A stretch of 32,000 bases of DNA, taken from Wolbachia endosymbiont strain TRS of Brugia malayi (GTDB lineage Bacteria > Pseudomonadota > Alphaproteobacteria > Rickettsiales > Anaplasmataceae). The translations under genes and the position numbers were made by a program. The notes beneath the pieces are model-generated. The model saw only the letters and a program-made list of their open reading frames with translations, was not told the origin of the DNA and did no database searches. The stretch lies in the NCBI RefSeq assembly GCF_000008385.1, contig NC_006833.1, positions 330,001-362,000 of the forward strand, in the 5' to 3' direction. This document shows, one piece after another, positions 20,302 through 30,121 of this stretch; the first letter of the stretch is position 1; the number at the start of each line of letters is the position of its first letter.

Positions 20302-23300
20302 TTATTTATCATAATCAAAAATATTTATATTAGTATACCATGATCTTAAGTCTTTTAAATCTACTTTTAAGATATCCCTGATACTTAGAACTTTCTCCTC
20401 TGTTACTCTACCAATACATGAATAAACTGTACCTTTTAACAATTCTTCAAACCTCTTCTGGTTTTGTGGTGCGATGGTAACTAAAATTCTACTTTGTGAT
20501 TCAGAAAACATTATTATTTTGTTTATTGTATCTGTGTTTTGTGTTTTCCCTACTGGCACTAATGGAAAATCAATTTCGGCACCGAGATCTCCTGCAATTA
20601 GCGATTTTACTAAAGCAATAGCCAGCCCTCCCAGGTTTAGTGCAATTGCGGAAGCAACGATGCTTTCTTTTATTGCCTGGTTGAAACACTTGTATAACTT
20701 TCTGGCGTTCTTTGCATCAACTTTTGGTACATTGTTATTGTCTATTCCACTATATAATTGATATTCAGATCTACCAAGCTCATCATGGGTTATACCAAGC
20801 ATATATATCAAGTCCCCTGGCATTTTCACGTCAAGCGATACTGCATTTTCAATATTTTCTATAATCCCAATTGCTGAGATGAGTAATGAAGGTGGTGCAG
20901 AGATTATCACTTTCTTGCCATTTTCATCATATCCCTTAAAGTCATTAAACATACTATCTTTTCCTGATATGAATGGTGTTTTAAATGCGATTGCATAATC
21001 ATAGCAAGCTTCTGCAGCTCTCTTTAGTTGCCACAGCCTTTCTGGATTGTAAGCATCACACCAGCAAAAATTGTCGAGCAACGCTAGATGTTCTATATTT
21101 CCTCCTGCAGCTACATAATTACGTATAGCAGTGTCAATTGCACATGCTGCCATATGATAAGTGTCGATTTCTCCATAACTTGAGCCAAATCCTTGAGATT
21201 TCACAACGCCTTTATTTGAAGAAAGAATTGGCCTTAAGACAACAGCTTCGCTGCACACTCTTCCCTTGCCCTGCAATGGTTTCAACACTGACGACCCTTG
21301 AACTTCATGGTCATATTGCACCACTATAAACTCTTTGCTGCATATGTTTGGTCTGCTCAGCATTTCTTTTAGTTCGACTTCTTGGCTTAGTGTTATTCCA
21401 GCACGTGACGCTAAGGTAGCAGTAGTCTCCTTAAACCATGGTTTTGTTTTTAAGTGCATCTTAGGGTTACCATCATGCAAAAACTCAGTTTCGATATTCA
21501 TTATTGGTGAGGCAGAGTGGATTCGAACTGTCGACATACCTGTACTATTGAACTCTCCGATTACGCTGACCTCCACGTCATGTTTTTTCATGATTTGCTT
21601 AAACATAGGCAGATTTTCTTCTGGCACTGCTAAGGTCATTCTCTCTTGTGATTCTGATATCCATATTTCCCATGGAGCCATACCATCACTTTTGAGTAGA
21701 ACCTTGCTTAAATCAACCTCAAATCCATCCTTTCCCATTTCACCAATGGACGATGATAGGCCACCTGCTCCGTTGTCTGTTATTGCATTGTAAAGACCGA
21801 GGTCTCTTGCTTCTATGACGGCATTGGATAATTTTTTTTGTGTTATGGGATCTCCGATTTGCACGACTGTTGAGGGGCTGTTTCCTGATAATGCCTCTGA
21901 AGAAAACGTTGCACCATGAATTCCATCTCTTCCAACTCTTCCACCAATAATTACAATTTTATCGCCATTTTGGGGCTTTTTGATGTGTGAAGGTGCGTTG
22001 TTTATATTGCGTGGGATAATTCCTACACTTCCAACAAAGACTAATGGCTTTCCACAAAATCTGTTATCGAAGTATACCGATCCAAGTTGTGTTGGAATGC
22101 CAGAGCAATTACCAGCAACATTAACGCCGTGAATCACTTCTTTCATGATATATTTTGGTAGTAAAATCTCATCAGTACGCTCCTTGTCCCTATAAAATTT
22201 ACCTTTTGCTTCTTTGGCAAAGCAAAAATAGTAGGTATTCATTATAGGCTCCGCACCTTTGCCAAAACCCACTATATCACGATTAACTCCAAGCACTCCA
22301 GTCATTGCTCCACCAAATGGATCAAGAGCTGAAGGGCTATTGTGAGTTTCAACTTTATCTACAATCAAGTAATCGTCATCAAAGATTATTCCTCCTGCAT
22401 TATCAGAGAAGACTGACATGCATATGTTGGAGTTTATCTCACGCGTTGCACGCTTAATATAATGCGCATATAAGCCGTCTTTTATTTCATCAATGGGAGA
22501 GCAGAAAATGTTGTGCTTGCAGTGTTCAGACCAGGTCTGTGCTAGAGACTCAAGTTCAATATCGTATGGGTTTCTACCGAGTTTGTTGAAATAATCCTTT
22601 ATGGCTTTCATTGCTGTGAGAGAAAGTCCTAAGGTGCCATTACCATCGATTCCATCTCTACTGATTTTTTCAAGCTCTTGATCACTTACATTGAGGTCAA
22701 TAGGCTTAGCTACGACTTCCGTGCAAAGTGCTTTAGTATGTGAATCTTGTAATTTACAGATAGTTGGTATAGAGGATAGTGTCATTCCAGTGCTTGACAC
22801 TGAAATCCAGTTTTCATTATACAATTGCTTGGTTGCAGTTAAGTTTTCTGGATCCCAATGTCTGGGCACTGGGATGATATCTTTTAATTTACCATAATGC
22901 CTACAATAGCAATTGCCGTTTTCTTTATAAATAAGTGTGCAATACTCAGTGATTGGGTTGAATTCTATGTTGTCTTCAGTTGGCAAATTTCCTTGCCCTA
23001 GAATCAATTTTGAACTTCTTGCTTTTATCTCAATTGATATCATTCCAGCGTTTGACGCTGGAATCTGCGCCCTCCCTTTCTGGATCCCAGTGCTTGATAC
23101 TGGGATGACAGATGGGTCGACATAGCCCTTACTTATTAGGTACTCTCTAACAATTTGCCTTGCTGTGTTACCGATATTATCGGTCATGCCAGGTAAGAAG
23201 CTTACTTCTAAGCCCCACTCAGCTTGTGGTTCTATGAAATCATATCGAATTTCTTCGAAGTTTTTACTGTAGGAGTAATAACGGCAGTCTTGTATGGTTT

Positions 23301-23439
23301 CATTATAAAATAGCTTACAAATTTCTTTATATAGTTTTGATGGTAATTCTTTACTTATGTAGATCGAATAAACGTTGACTAACCATCTGTTACCAACTTG
23401 TTCGCATTTATTTAAAACTTCTATTCTGATGTTTGTCAT
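20302..23439 (-). CDS. purL: Phosphoribosylformylglycinamidine synthase
   Basis: 1045-aa ORF with SQTWSEHCKHNIF, VETHNSPSALDPFGGAMTGVLGVNRDIVGFG, ITDNGAGGLSSSIGEMG, GGNIEHLALLDNFCWCDAYNPERLWQL, PFISGKDSMFNDFKG. Confidence 0.96.
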   Translation of the reverse strand: MTNIRIEVLNKCEQVGNRWLVNVYSIYISKELPSKLYKEICKLFYNETIQDCRYYSYSKNFEEIRYDFIEPQAEWGLEVSFLPGMTDNIGNTARQIVREYLISKGYVDPSVIPVSSTGIQKGRAQIPASNAGMISIEIKARSSKLILGQGNLPTEDNIEFNPITEYCTLIYKENGNCYCRHYGKLKDIIPVPRHWDPENLTATKQLYNENWISVSSTGMTLSSIPTICKLQDSHTKALCTEVVAKPIDLNVSDQELEKISRDGIDGNGTLGLSLTAMKAIKDYFNKLGRNPYDIELESLAQTWSEHCKHNIFCSPIDEIKDGLYAHYIKRATREINSNICMSVFSDNAGGIIFDDDYLIVDKVETHNSPSALDPFGGAMTGVLGVNRDIVGFGKGAEPIMNTYYFCFAKEAKGKFYRDKERTDEILLPKYIMKEVIHGVNVAGNCSGIPTQLGSVYFDNRFCGKPLVFVGSVGIIPRNINNAPSHIKKPQNGDKIVIIGGRVGRDGIHGATFSSEALSGNSPSTVVQIGDPITQKKLSNAVIEARDLGLYNAITDNGAGGLSSSIGEMGKDGFEVDLSKVLLKSDGMAPWEIWISESQERMTLAVPEENLPMFKQIMKKHDVEVSVIGEFNSTGMSTVRIHSASPIMNIETEFLHDGNPKMHLKTKPWFKETTATLASRAGITLSQEVELKEMLSRPNICSKEFIVVQYDHEVQGSSVLKPLQGKGRVCSEAVVLRPILSSNKGVVKSQGFGSSYGEIDTYHMAACAIDTAIRNYVAAGGNIEHLALLDNFCWCDAYNPERLWQLKRAAEACYDYAIAFKTPFISGKDSMFNDFKGYDENGKKVIISAPPSLLISAIGIIENIENAVSLDVKMPGDLIYMLGITHDELGRSEYQLYSGIDNNNVPKVDAKNARKLYKCFNQAIKESIVASAIALNLGGLAIALVKSLIAGDLGAEIDFPLVPVGKTQNTDTINKIIMFSESQSRILVTIAPQNQKRFEELLKGTVYSCIGRVTEEKVLSIRDILKVDLKDLRSWYTNINIFDYDK
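22780..22878. repeat. Palindromic element arms embedded in the purL coding region (N-proximal copy 2)
   Basis: 'gtcattccagtgcttgacactgaaatccag' and 'ctggatcccaatgtctgggcactgggatgat' frame a short spacer. They encode IIPVPRHWDPE...NWISVSSTGMT. Confidence 0.65.
23041..23112. repeat. In-frame palindromic element inside purL (double hairpin)
   Basis: Hairpin 1 TTCCAGCG(23043-23050)/CGCTGGAA(23056-23063); hairpin 2 ATCCCAGT(23084-23091)/ACTGGGAT(23099-23106). Encodes VIPVSSTGIQKGRAQIPASNAGM. Consistent with published Wolbachia protein-coding palindromic elements. Confidence 0.88.
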
Positions 23440-23524
23440 ATAATGTTAAAAGATTTTAACGTATAATAACATAAGAAATTGTGAGCACATTTATATTTTG
23501 CTATACAATAAAGCATCGTGTTAA

Positions 23525-26203
23525 TTGCTATCTTTCGTGGGAAGAATTTTTACTGTTAGTGTGGATGAATCCTTTTTCGATACGCTGGTCCAGCACATAT
23601 TTTTTGAATATGAGAAAGAAAAAATTTCCAAGATAAAAATAATACTTCCTTGCAGAAGCGATGTGATAGCAATGCTGAGTGCGTTCAAGAATTATGATTC
23701 TAAAAAATGTATAATTTTGCCAGAGATAGTTTCACTAGAGAATATTGATGAGAAAGATTTAATATTAAATCTTGATAGGATTAAATTTATCAAACCAACA
23801 AAAAGGATACTACTATTGATTCAATTCATATTGGAATGGAATAAAAAAAATAACGACTATTTTCCCATAGATTTAGCTTATAGCTTGCCATCCTTGCTTG
23901 ATAAGGTTCAATGTATTCAAATAACGGATGATTATCAACTCAATGACCATTCAAAGAAAATGGAGAATTTCATAAACTTGCTTGTTGAAGCTTGGAGTAA
24001 AACTTTAAAAAATCTAGGAGTAATGGATATATTAAAATATAAGAGTGACTATATAAACAATATGGTAATCTCTTTGCAGGAAGATCAACATATAATCTTT
24101 GTTGGAATTGGAAAGGGTGAAATCTATAAGTTATTGATTAAGGCTATATATGAATTGCCGTTTGGGAAGATAATTTTGCCTAATCTTAATTTGAAAATTA
24201 AAGAGAAAGATTGGAAATCGCTTGATAAAAGACACTATCAATACTGCCTAAAAAATCTGCTGGATTATTTAAGTGTAAGCAGAGAGGATATAAGTTTCCT
24301 ACCAGAAGCACTCCCTCCAGCACATGGTGCTAGAATCTGTGACCAGAGGACTGGGATGACTGCAGAATATCTGGATTACATCTTTGATACCACCGCTGAC
24401 CTAAGCAAGGTTAGTAATGGGTACATCGAAAATATTGAAGTTATCACTTGTGATTCTAGGGAAGAAGAATCACAAGTGATGTCATTAATTATAGAGAATG
24501 AAGGTTATGAAAACGTTTCTTTAGTTGTCTTTGATAAATTGCTTGCAGCTCGCATAACATGTTCCGCATCAGAAAATTACCCTTATGTAACGCTCTTGCT
24601 CTATAGTATCGAAGTTTTGACTTCGAATTGGAACAGTGTAGCATTGCTTTCGCTCCTTAAGCATAGGCTAGTGACTTTTGGTTACGCTCAAGAAGAGTAC
24701 AGTAAAATTTTATCTGAGTTTGAAATAGAAATATTACGTAGCTTTAATACAAGCGGCCTTGATGACATTGTAAAAGTTATTAATATCCATAAAAAGTTAA
24801 GATATAAAGAAGATATATTAATCATTATCAATAAGTTAGAAACTATACTTAATCCTTTACTCAATTCTACGAATTGTCCTATTTCTGATGTAGTAACAGC
24901 TCATTTGCGGTGTGTTAGTATACTCTCTAGTGTGGATTTTTTAGAATTGAGTAATGAAATGGGTAATTTTACCCATGATTTCTTAAATGCGTGTGAGGGC
25001 GTTGCAATTGAATGCTCCTTGGAGTTATATAGCCAGATTCTGACCTTATTTTTAAGAAAAGAGTTTTTTCTTGCAGTAAGTGACTTAAGTAAATTTAGTT
25101 TATATCACAATAAAGTTGTAATACTTGCTGGATTCAATGATATACCGAGTTTTCAAAGTCCATTTTTGAATGCACTGACAAGAAAAAGATTCAGTCTTCC
25201 TTCCGTGCGAGAGGAGCAGGGGTATTTTTTGTATAATTTACGCAATTTGTTTTGTGCGAGTAAAGTTTATATTATAAACTTGCTGAGCAATAGAAAGACG
25301 ATTCTATTGCGTCGTCTGGAAATTCTATTACAGAAGTCAAAATATCCTTATCGCGATTGGCTAAGAGTATTAAATATGCCTGAATATGTTACTCCGTGTA
25401 TTCAACCTATGCCGAAACCTCAAACTAAAATCAGAGAAGAAAAAATGCAAGTGATGCCTTGTAGTGCGGTAGAGAAACTGATCCGCGATCCTTACTCATT
25501 TTACATTGAATATGTACTAAACCTTAAGCAATTAAAAGACTTAAATTTCAAGCCGTCGATATTAGAATTTGGCAATATGGTGCACAGCATTCTTGAGAGG
25601 TATTTACGTAACAGAAAATCGCCAATGAGCATTGCACAGGAGGTGTTCTCAACTAGTCGGTTTAATTTTTCAAATATGTGGTGGGTAAGGCTGCAAGGGA
25701 TAATTCAATCTTTTGTTGAATTTGATAAGGCTAGAAGCAATCGTGTTGAGTTGGAGAAGAGCTTTTCCTATCGCGTTCCTGTGCATAATGTTAAAGCTAC
25801 TTGGAAGCTGCAAGAAGTTTCTCTGACAGCAAGATGCGATAGAGTTGAGTATCTGCCAAATGGACAAGCGGTAATTATAGACTATAAGCTTGGTTCGCCG
25901 CCATCCAATGAGGAAGTTATGTCAGGATTTTTTCCGCAATTAATTTTACAAGCTTTAGCGGTGGAATACACAACCGGAAAAGAAGTTTCAGAACTTGCTT
26001 ATTGGAAACTTGACTATGATAAAATAAAAGTTATTTCTCTAAAAAATTACAGACAGAAAGTACAGGAATTTCAGAGTGATTTACCGGATTTTTTATCTAA
26101 TTATTTAAAAAATACTACTCCTTTTATTGCATCTCCATATTTTGATAAATTCCTAAGGTTTAACAGCTATAAACAACTAGAAAGGATAGGAGAGTGGTTA
26201 TAA
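23525..26203 (+). CDS. addB: AddB-like double-strand-break repair protein with C-terminal PD-(D/E)XK nuclease domain
   Basis: 892-aa ORF (TTG start). The C-terminus has MPCSAVEKLIRDPYSFYIEYVLNLKQL, FGNMVHSILERYL, and the nuclease core LTARCDRVEYLPNGQAVIIDYKLGSPPSNEEVMSGFFPQLILQALAVEY. Confidence 0.8.
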   Translation: MLSFVGRIFTVSVDESFFDTLVQHIFFEYEKEKISKIKIILPCRSDVIAMLSAFKNYDSKKCIILPEIVSLENIDEKDLILNLDRIKFIKPTKRILLLIQFILEWNKKNNDYFPIDLAYSLPSLLDKVQCIQITDDYQLNDHSKKMENFINLLVEAWSKTLKNLGVMDILKYKSDYINNMVISLQEDQHIIFVGIGKGEIYKLLIKAIYELPFGKIILPNLNLKIKEKDWKSLDKRHYQYCLKNLLDYLSVSREDISFLPEALPPAHGARICDQRTGMTAEYLDYIFDTTADLSKVSNGYIENIEVITCDSREEESQVMSLIIENEGYENVSLVVFDKLLAARITCSASENYPYVTLLLYSIEVLTSNWNSVALLSLLKHRLVTFGYAQEEYSKILSEFEIEILRSFNTSGLDDIVKVINIHKKLRYKEDILIIINKLETILNPLLNSTNCPISDVVTAHLRCVSILSSVDFLELSNEMGNFTHDFLNACEGVAIECSLELYSQILTLFLRKEFFLAVSDLSKFSLYHNKVVILAGFNDIPSFQSPFLNALTRKRFSLPSVREEQGYFLYNLRNLFCASKVYIINLLSNRKTILLRRLEILLQKSKYPYRDWLRVLNMPEYVTPCIQPMPKPQTKIREEKMQVMPCSAVEKLIRDPYSFYIEYVLNLKQLKDLNFKPSILEFGNMVHSILERYLRNRKSPMSIAQEVFSTSRFNFSNMWWVRLQGIIQSFVEFDKARSNRVELEKSFSYRVPVHNVKATWKLQEVSLTARCDRVEYLPNGQAVIIDYKLGSPPSNEEVMSGFFPQLILQALAVEYTTGKEVSELAYWKLDYDKIKVISLKNYRQKVQEFQSDLPDFLSNYLKNTTPFIASPYFDKFLRFNSYKQLERIGEWL
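24315..24360. repeat. Possible decayed palindromic element inside addB
   Basis: 'ctccagcacatggtgctagaatctgtgaccagaggactgggatgac' encodes PPAHGARICDQRTGMT, with shared words (CCAGCaC..GcTaGAATCTG...CTGGGATGAC). Confidence 0.4.
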
Positions 26204-26254
26204 AGTTCTCAATGCCCCTTGTCCCAAATTTCTTATCAAATAGCTGGCACTGGT

Positions 26255-26370
26255 TTGCCCTACAATGGTGTCATGTAAATCTGGTATGACAACAACTGCT
26301 CTCCCTCGTCATACCGCGATTCATTTGCGGTATCTCTAGATTCCGCTAACAAGCAGCTGTTGTCAGTAAA
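26255..26370. repeat. Nested palindromic intergenic element
   Basis: Outer arms TGACAACAACTGCT (26287-26300) / AGCAGCTGTTGTCA (26352-26365, 1 mismatch). Inner hairpin ATACCGC(26311-26317)/GCGGTAT(26327-26333). Same family as 18730-18800. Confidence 0.8.
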
Positions 26371-26454
26371 TTTTCAGCTACAAATATTTAAGAAATCCAC
26401 CAAGTAAGAAAAAGACAAAAGAAGCCCTAGTTAATATCTATTTAAAAACACTAG

Positions 26455-26870
26455 CGTTTTTTTATGTTTTAAATACTTAGTAATCGCGACTTAGTTGTTT
26501 TTTATTGCAACTAACCTTTAGTCATAAATGTTTTAGAAATTTACTAGGCAAAAAAAAGGCAAAAGATATATTATGGTGATAGTATTTACTCTCTAATCCT
26601 GCAAATTAGTATATTATACTGTCCTAAACGCTTTATAAGCGAGTTTCAACTTATATAGGTAAAAAATTAGAAATATTGTGAAGACATAAGGTACATATAG
26701 TGCAAAAAATTAAACATAAGATGCTAACTATATAACACTTTATTATTTTAATCTGCACAGATTGAAGGTAACTTAATACCTCCAGTATCGGGATAAGGGG
26801 GCTAGCGAGGTTTGTCAAGTAGTTTTTTGTGTTTCTGTGAGCTACTTGAATTTCTAAAATCACAATATTC
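26455..26870 (+). repeat. Dispersed noncoding repeat, copy C (longest)
   Basis: Shares segments with copy A (3555-3830, same orientation) and copy B (18115-18430, inverted). See those entries for the aligned words. Confidence 0.82.
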
Positions 26871-27010
26871 ATACAGATGTGGGCTAAGTATCACTAAAAT
26901 TATTTAAACAATTGTTTAAAGAATTACAAAAATCTAGAAGCTCAGAACATTACTCCTTGTCATTTGTAGAGTACTACATTAATATTTATATGTTAATTCA
27001 GAAGATATTT

Positions 27011-28318
27011 ATGAATAATATTGTAATTGTTGGTCTACAATGGGGCGATGAAGGCAAAGGTAAAATAGTAGATTATCTTTCCGAAAATGCGGACACAGTC
27101 GTAAGATTCCAGGGAGGAAATAATGCAGGACATACTATAGTAGTAGATGATGAGGTTTATAAGTTAAATTTGCTACCTTCCGCTGTTTTAAGGACAGGCA
27201 AAATATCTATAATAGGAAACGGCGTTGCCCTTGATCCATATGCTCTAATTTCAGAAATAGAGTCATTGAGAGTTAAAGGAATGGATATCAATCCTAACAA
27301 TTTGATGGTATCGGAAAGCTGCCCATTAATACTCAGCGTGCACAAGGAAAAAGAAAAGCTGTTTGAAGATCTAAATGGAAATCACAAAATTGGCACGACA
27401 AACAAAGGAATAGGGCCATGTTATGAAGATAAAGTTGGAAGAAGGGCTATACGCCTTTGTGACTTAGAAAACGCAGATGAGCTCAACAAAAGGTTAGATA
27501 CTCTTTTGAATTACCATAATGCTATCAGGAAAGGCCTAAGCTATCGAGTGATAAAGAAAGAAGAAATGTTAAGGGAAATTGAAGAGATTGCAGAAAAGAT
27601 CATTCCATATAGAAAACCAGTGTGGAAAATATTGAATGACTTTGTGAAAGAAGGTAAGAAAATAATATTTGAAGGCGCCCAAGGGACATTTTTAGACATT
27701 GACCATGGAACGTACCCTTTCGTTACTTCAAGTAATACCATAGCATCACAAGTAATGACAGGCTCAGGATTATCCTCCAATGCTTATGTTATTGGTGTAG
27801 CAAAAGCTTACACAACAAGAGTAGGCAATGGCCCATTCCCTACTGAGCAAAGAAATGAAGTAGGAAATAGCTTATTCACTATAGGCAAGGAGCTTGGAAC
27901 AGTAAGCAATAGAAAAAGACGCTGTGGGTGGTTTGATGCAGTTTTAGTACGCCAGGCAGTACAACTCTCTGGAGTTTCAAGTATTATATTAACTAAATTA
28001 GATGTCCTCGATTCTTTTGATAAAATTAAAATATGTACTGGTTATCAGTACAGTGGAAAAATATATGATTATTTACCCGCATCACGTTCAATACAAGAAG
28101 AATTAGAGCCAATATATGAAGAATTTCCTGGCTGGAAAGAAAATACTCAGGGTGAAAAGTTAGCTGAGAAGTTACCTGTTAACTTGATAAAATATGTAAA
28201 AAGAGTAGAAGAATTAATAGGTATACCGATTCATCTGATTTCGGCCGGTCCAAAAAGAGAGGATGTCATTAAACTTAAAGATTTTAAATTTTCTGAGAGC
28301 GTTCTTGTATCTTATTGA
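27011..28318 (+). CDS. purA: Adenylosuccinate synthetase
   Basis: From the ATG at 27011: MNNIVIVGLQWGDEGKGKIVDYL...FQGGNNAGHTIVVDD, GTTNKGIGPCYEDKVGRRAIR, IFEGAQGTFLDIDHGTYPFVTSSNT, KRRCGWFDAVLVRQ. Confidence 0.97.
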   Translation: MNNIVIVGLQWGDEGKGKIVDYLSENADTVVRFQGGNNAGHTIVVDDEVYKLNLLPSAVLRTGKISIIGNGVALDPYALISEIESLRVKGMDINPNNLMVSESCPLILSVHKEKEKLFEDLNGNHKIGTTNKGIGPCYEDKVGRRAIRLCDLENADELNKRLDTLLNYHNAIRKGLSYRVIKKEEMLREIEEIAEKIIPYRKPVWKILNDFVKEGKKIIFEGAQGTFLDIDHGTYPFVTSSNTIASQVMTGSGLSSNAYVIGVAKAYTTRVGNGPFPTEQRNEVGNSLFTIGKELGTVSNRKRRCGWFDAVLVRQAVQLSGVSSIILTKLDVLDSFDKIKICTGYQYSGKIYDYLPASRSIQEELEPIYEEFPGWKENTQGEKLAEKLPVNLIKYVKRVEELIGIPIHLISAGPKREDVIKLKDFKFSESVLVSY

Positions 28319-28589
28319 CTGTTACCTAATAAAAAACACTTAATTTACAAAAAGACACTCGCATAACTTTAAATGTGAGTTTATTACACAAAACGGCATT
28401 GTATTATGAATGTATGGTAAGGATAAATTCAGCGTATAATGAAAAGCAAAGAAGTTAAATTCAAGTCCAACACTTGCAGTTATTTTCAATACTTCATCAT
28501 CAAAGTTAGTGTAAAGCAAGGCTTTAATAGCTTGGTTGTTTTTAAAGGGGAAACATATTGTTAGAGTAATGTATAGATAGGAAGTGTGA

Positions 28590-29995
28590 TATGCTGAATG
28601 CAATTAATAGTTATTTTAAGAGTTTCTTTAAAGAAAATAAAGCAACAAAAGTAGAAGAAATAAATAATCAGCTATAGATACTGGACGAGCTGTAGGATTA
28701 GAAAAGAATATATCTTTACAGATGTCTGTTCTTTAGTAGACGATTTATATGTATTGCAAGAATCTTGTTTTTCATAATGAAAAAGAACTAGGCGAATACG
28801 TCAATTCTATTGTGCTGCCTACATTTACATGTCTTGAAGAAAAGGTCAAAAAAGTAAAAGAAAGTTCTTCCAGTAAAAACCTTGCGCTCTAGAGCTTTGC
28901 TGCCTAATCATAGAAAATAACAACTTTCATAAAAAGTTAAATAATTTTGCTAAAAATTTTAGCAGCATACCTGGTTATGTCCATTCTCAATTAAAAAAAT
29001 AATGACAAGTTTTAGACTAGGAAATCTGGGAAACAAAATATGTTTTTTAGGATTTTTAAGAGAAAGAACGAGCTTCGATGTTGTATTGTCGAATTTTTGA
29101 AAAAGCTCTGGATGGTGTGTTTATAGCCTAATAACTGATACAGACTTTAAACAAACTCATATGGAAAAAGCAGTGGATGAAGAAGGTGAACCTTTTAGTG
29201 AAAACTTTAGAAGAGGTATAAATAAAATTAATACAGGAGGGAAAAAGTATTGCAAATAGGTATTTTGAAGAAAAAGAAGTAGCTTTTCAAGTCTACTGTG
29301 AAGAAACTGATAATGCTAGTAGAGCCTTAAACGTTAATCTTATTAACCATAATGGAAATGAGCCAATAAGAATCAGTGATATTTTACAGTAAGAGAAAAA
29401 TGTTGGCGAGTTGAAGATTTATTGCAATAAAAAGTATGACATACGCGCTCGTTAAGAAGATAAAAAAAGATATTATGAATTTGAGAAGGTGCGTGCTATG
29501 AAATGACAAGCAAGTGGTCCATAAAAGATGAGTCTGGGAGGGTGGTTTTAATTTTTACCATGGTTATGGGTGTGAGTAGTGAAGGCATAACTAAAATAGC
29601 AAAGTTTGGTGGTGAGAAACCTAATGGAGAAAATTCTGAACTATCGCTAGAGAAAAATAAAGAATTAATAGAACGAAATGAGGAGTTGTACATTTAAGGT
29701 CTTTTTTTACATAACGCTGCAGGGAAATTCCTAGGATCTCAATGTGGAAAAAGTTTAATAGATAAGAAGCACAATCCTGCATCATTGCCTGGTATGATAC
29801 CTACTAGAGGGAATACTAACAGTAACCCTACCACTTTTCTTCTATTGGATAGTAGTACATCAACACCTAATGACAGTGTGGTACAGTAAGCTGCAGCTCA
29901 AGTTAATCGACGAGATGAAACTACTTTACAGGATAAAGAATTACCAAATTCAATAAGTGAAGTTATAAAAGATTTGGAGGGCATCACTTACGTAC
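28590..29995 (+). pseudogene. Cluster of decayed hypothetical gene fragments
   Basis: Short in-frame stretches broken by stops or frameshifts: MLNAINSYFKSFFKENKATKVEEINNQL*; MANRYFEEKEVAFQVYCEETDNASRALNVNLINHNGNEPIRISDILQ*; MTSKWSIKDESGRVVLIFTMVMGVSSEGITKIAKFGGEK...; LFLHNAAGKFLGSQCGKSLIDKKHNPASLPGMIPTRGNTNSNPTTFLLLDSSTSTPNDSVVQ*. Confidence 0.45.
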
Positions 29996-30121
29996 CAAAT
30001 AATAATATAAGCTTGATTATATCAACCAAGTTAATAATAGCTGTAATGGACGTGAGCCAGGGGTATGATAAAAGTAAGCAGTGCAACTTCCGTTGTTAGA
30101 TGTATATCTGGTGGTTGGAGC

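Noticed and set aside
21335-21793. 152-aa and other plus-strand ORFs under purL (e.g. 20474-20761, 22691-22897)
   Set aside because: The purL frame on the opposite strand is intact and motif-rich, so the antisense ORFs are incidental.
26912-27010. N-terminal extension of the purA ORF (MFKELQKSRSSEHYSLSF...)
   Set aside because: The PurA family starts at M(N)NIVIVGLQWGDEGKGK, so the ATG at 27011 is the likely start and the upstream part is fortuitous open frame.
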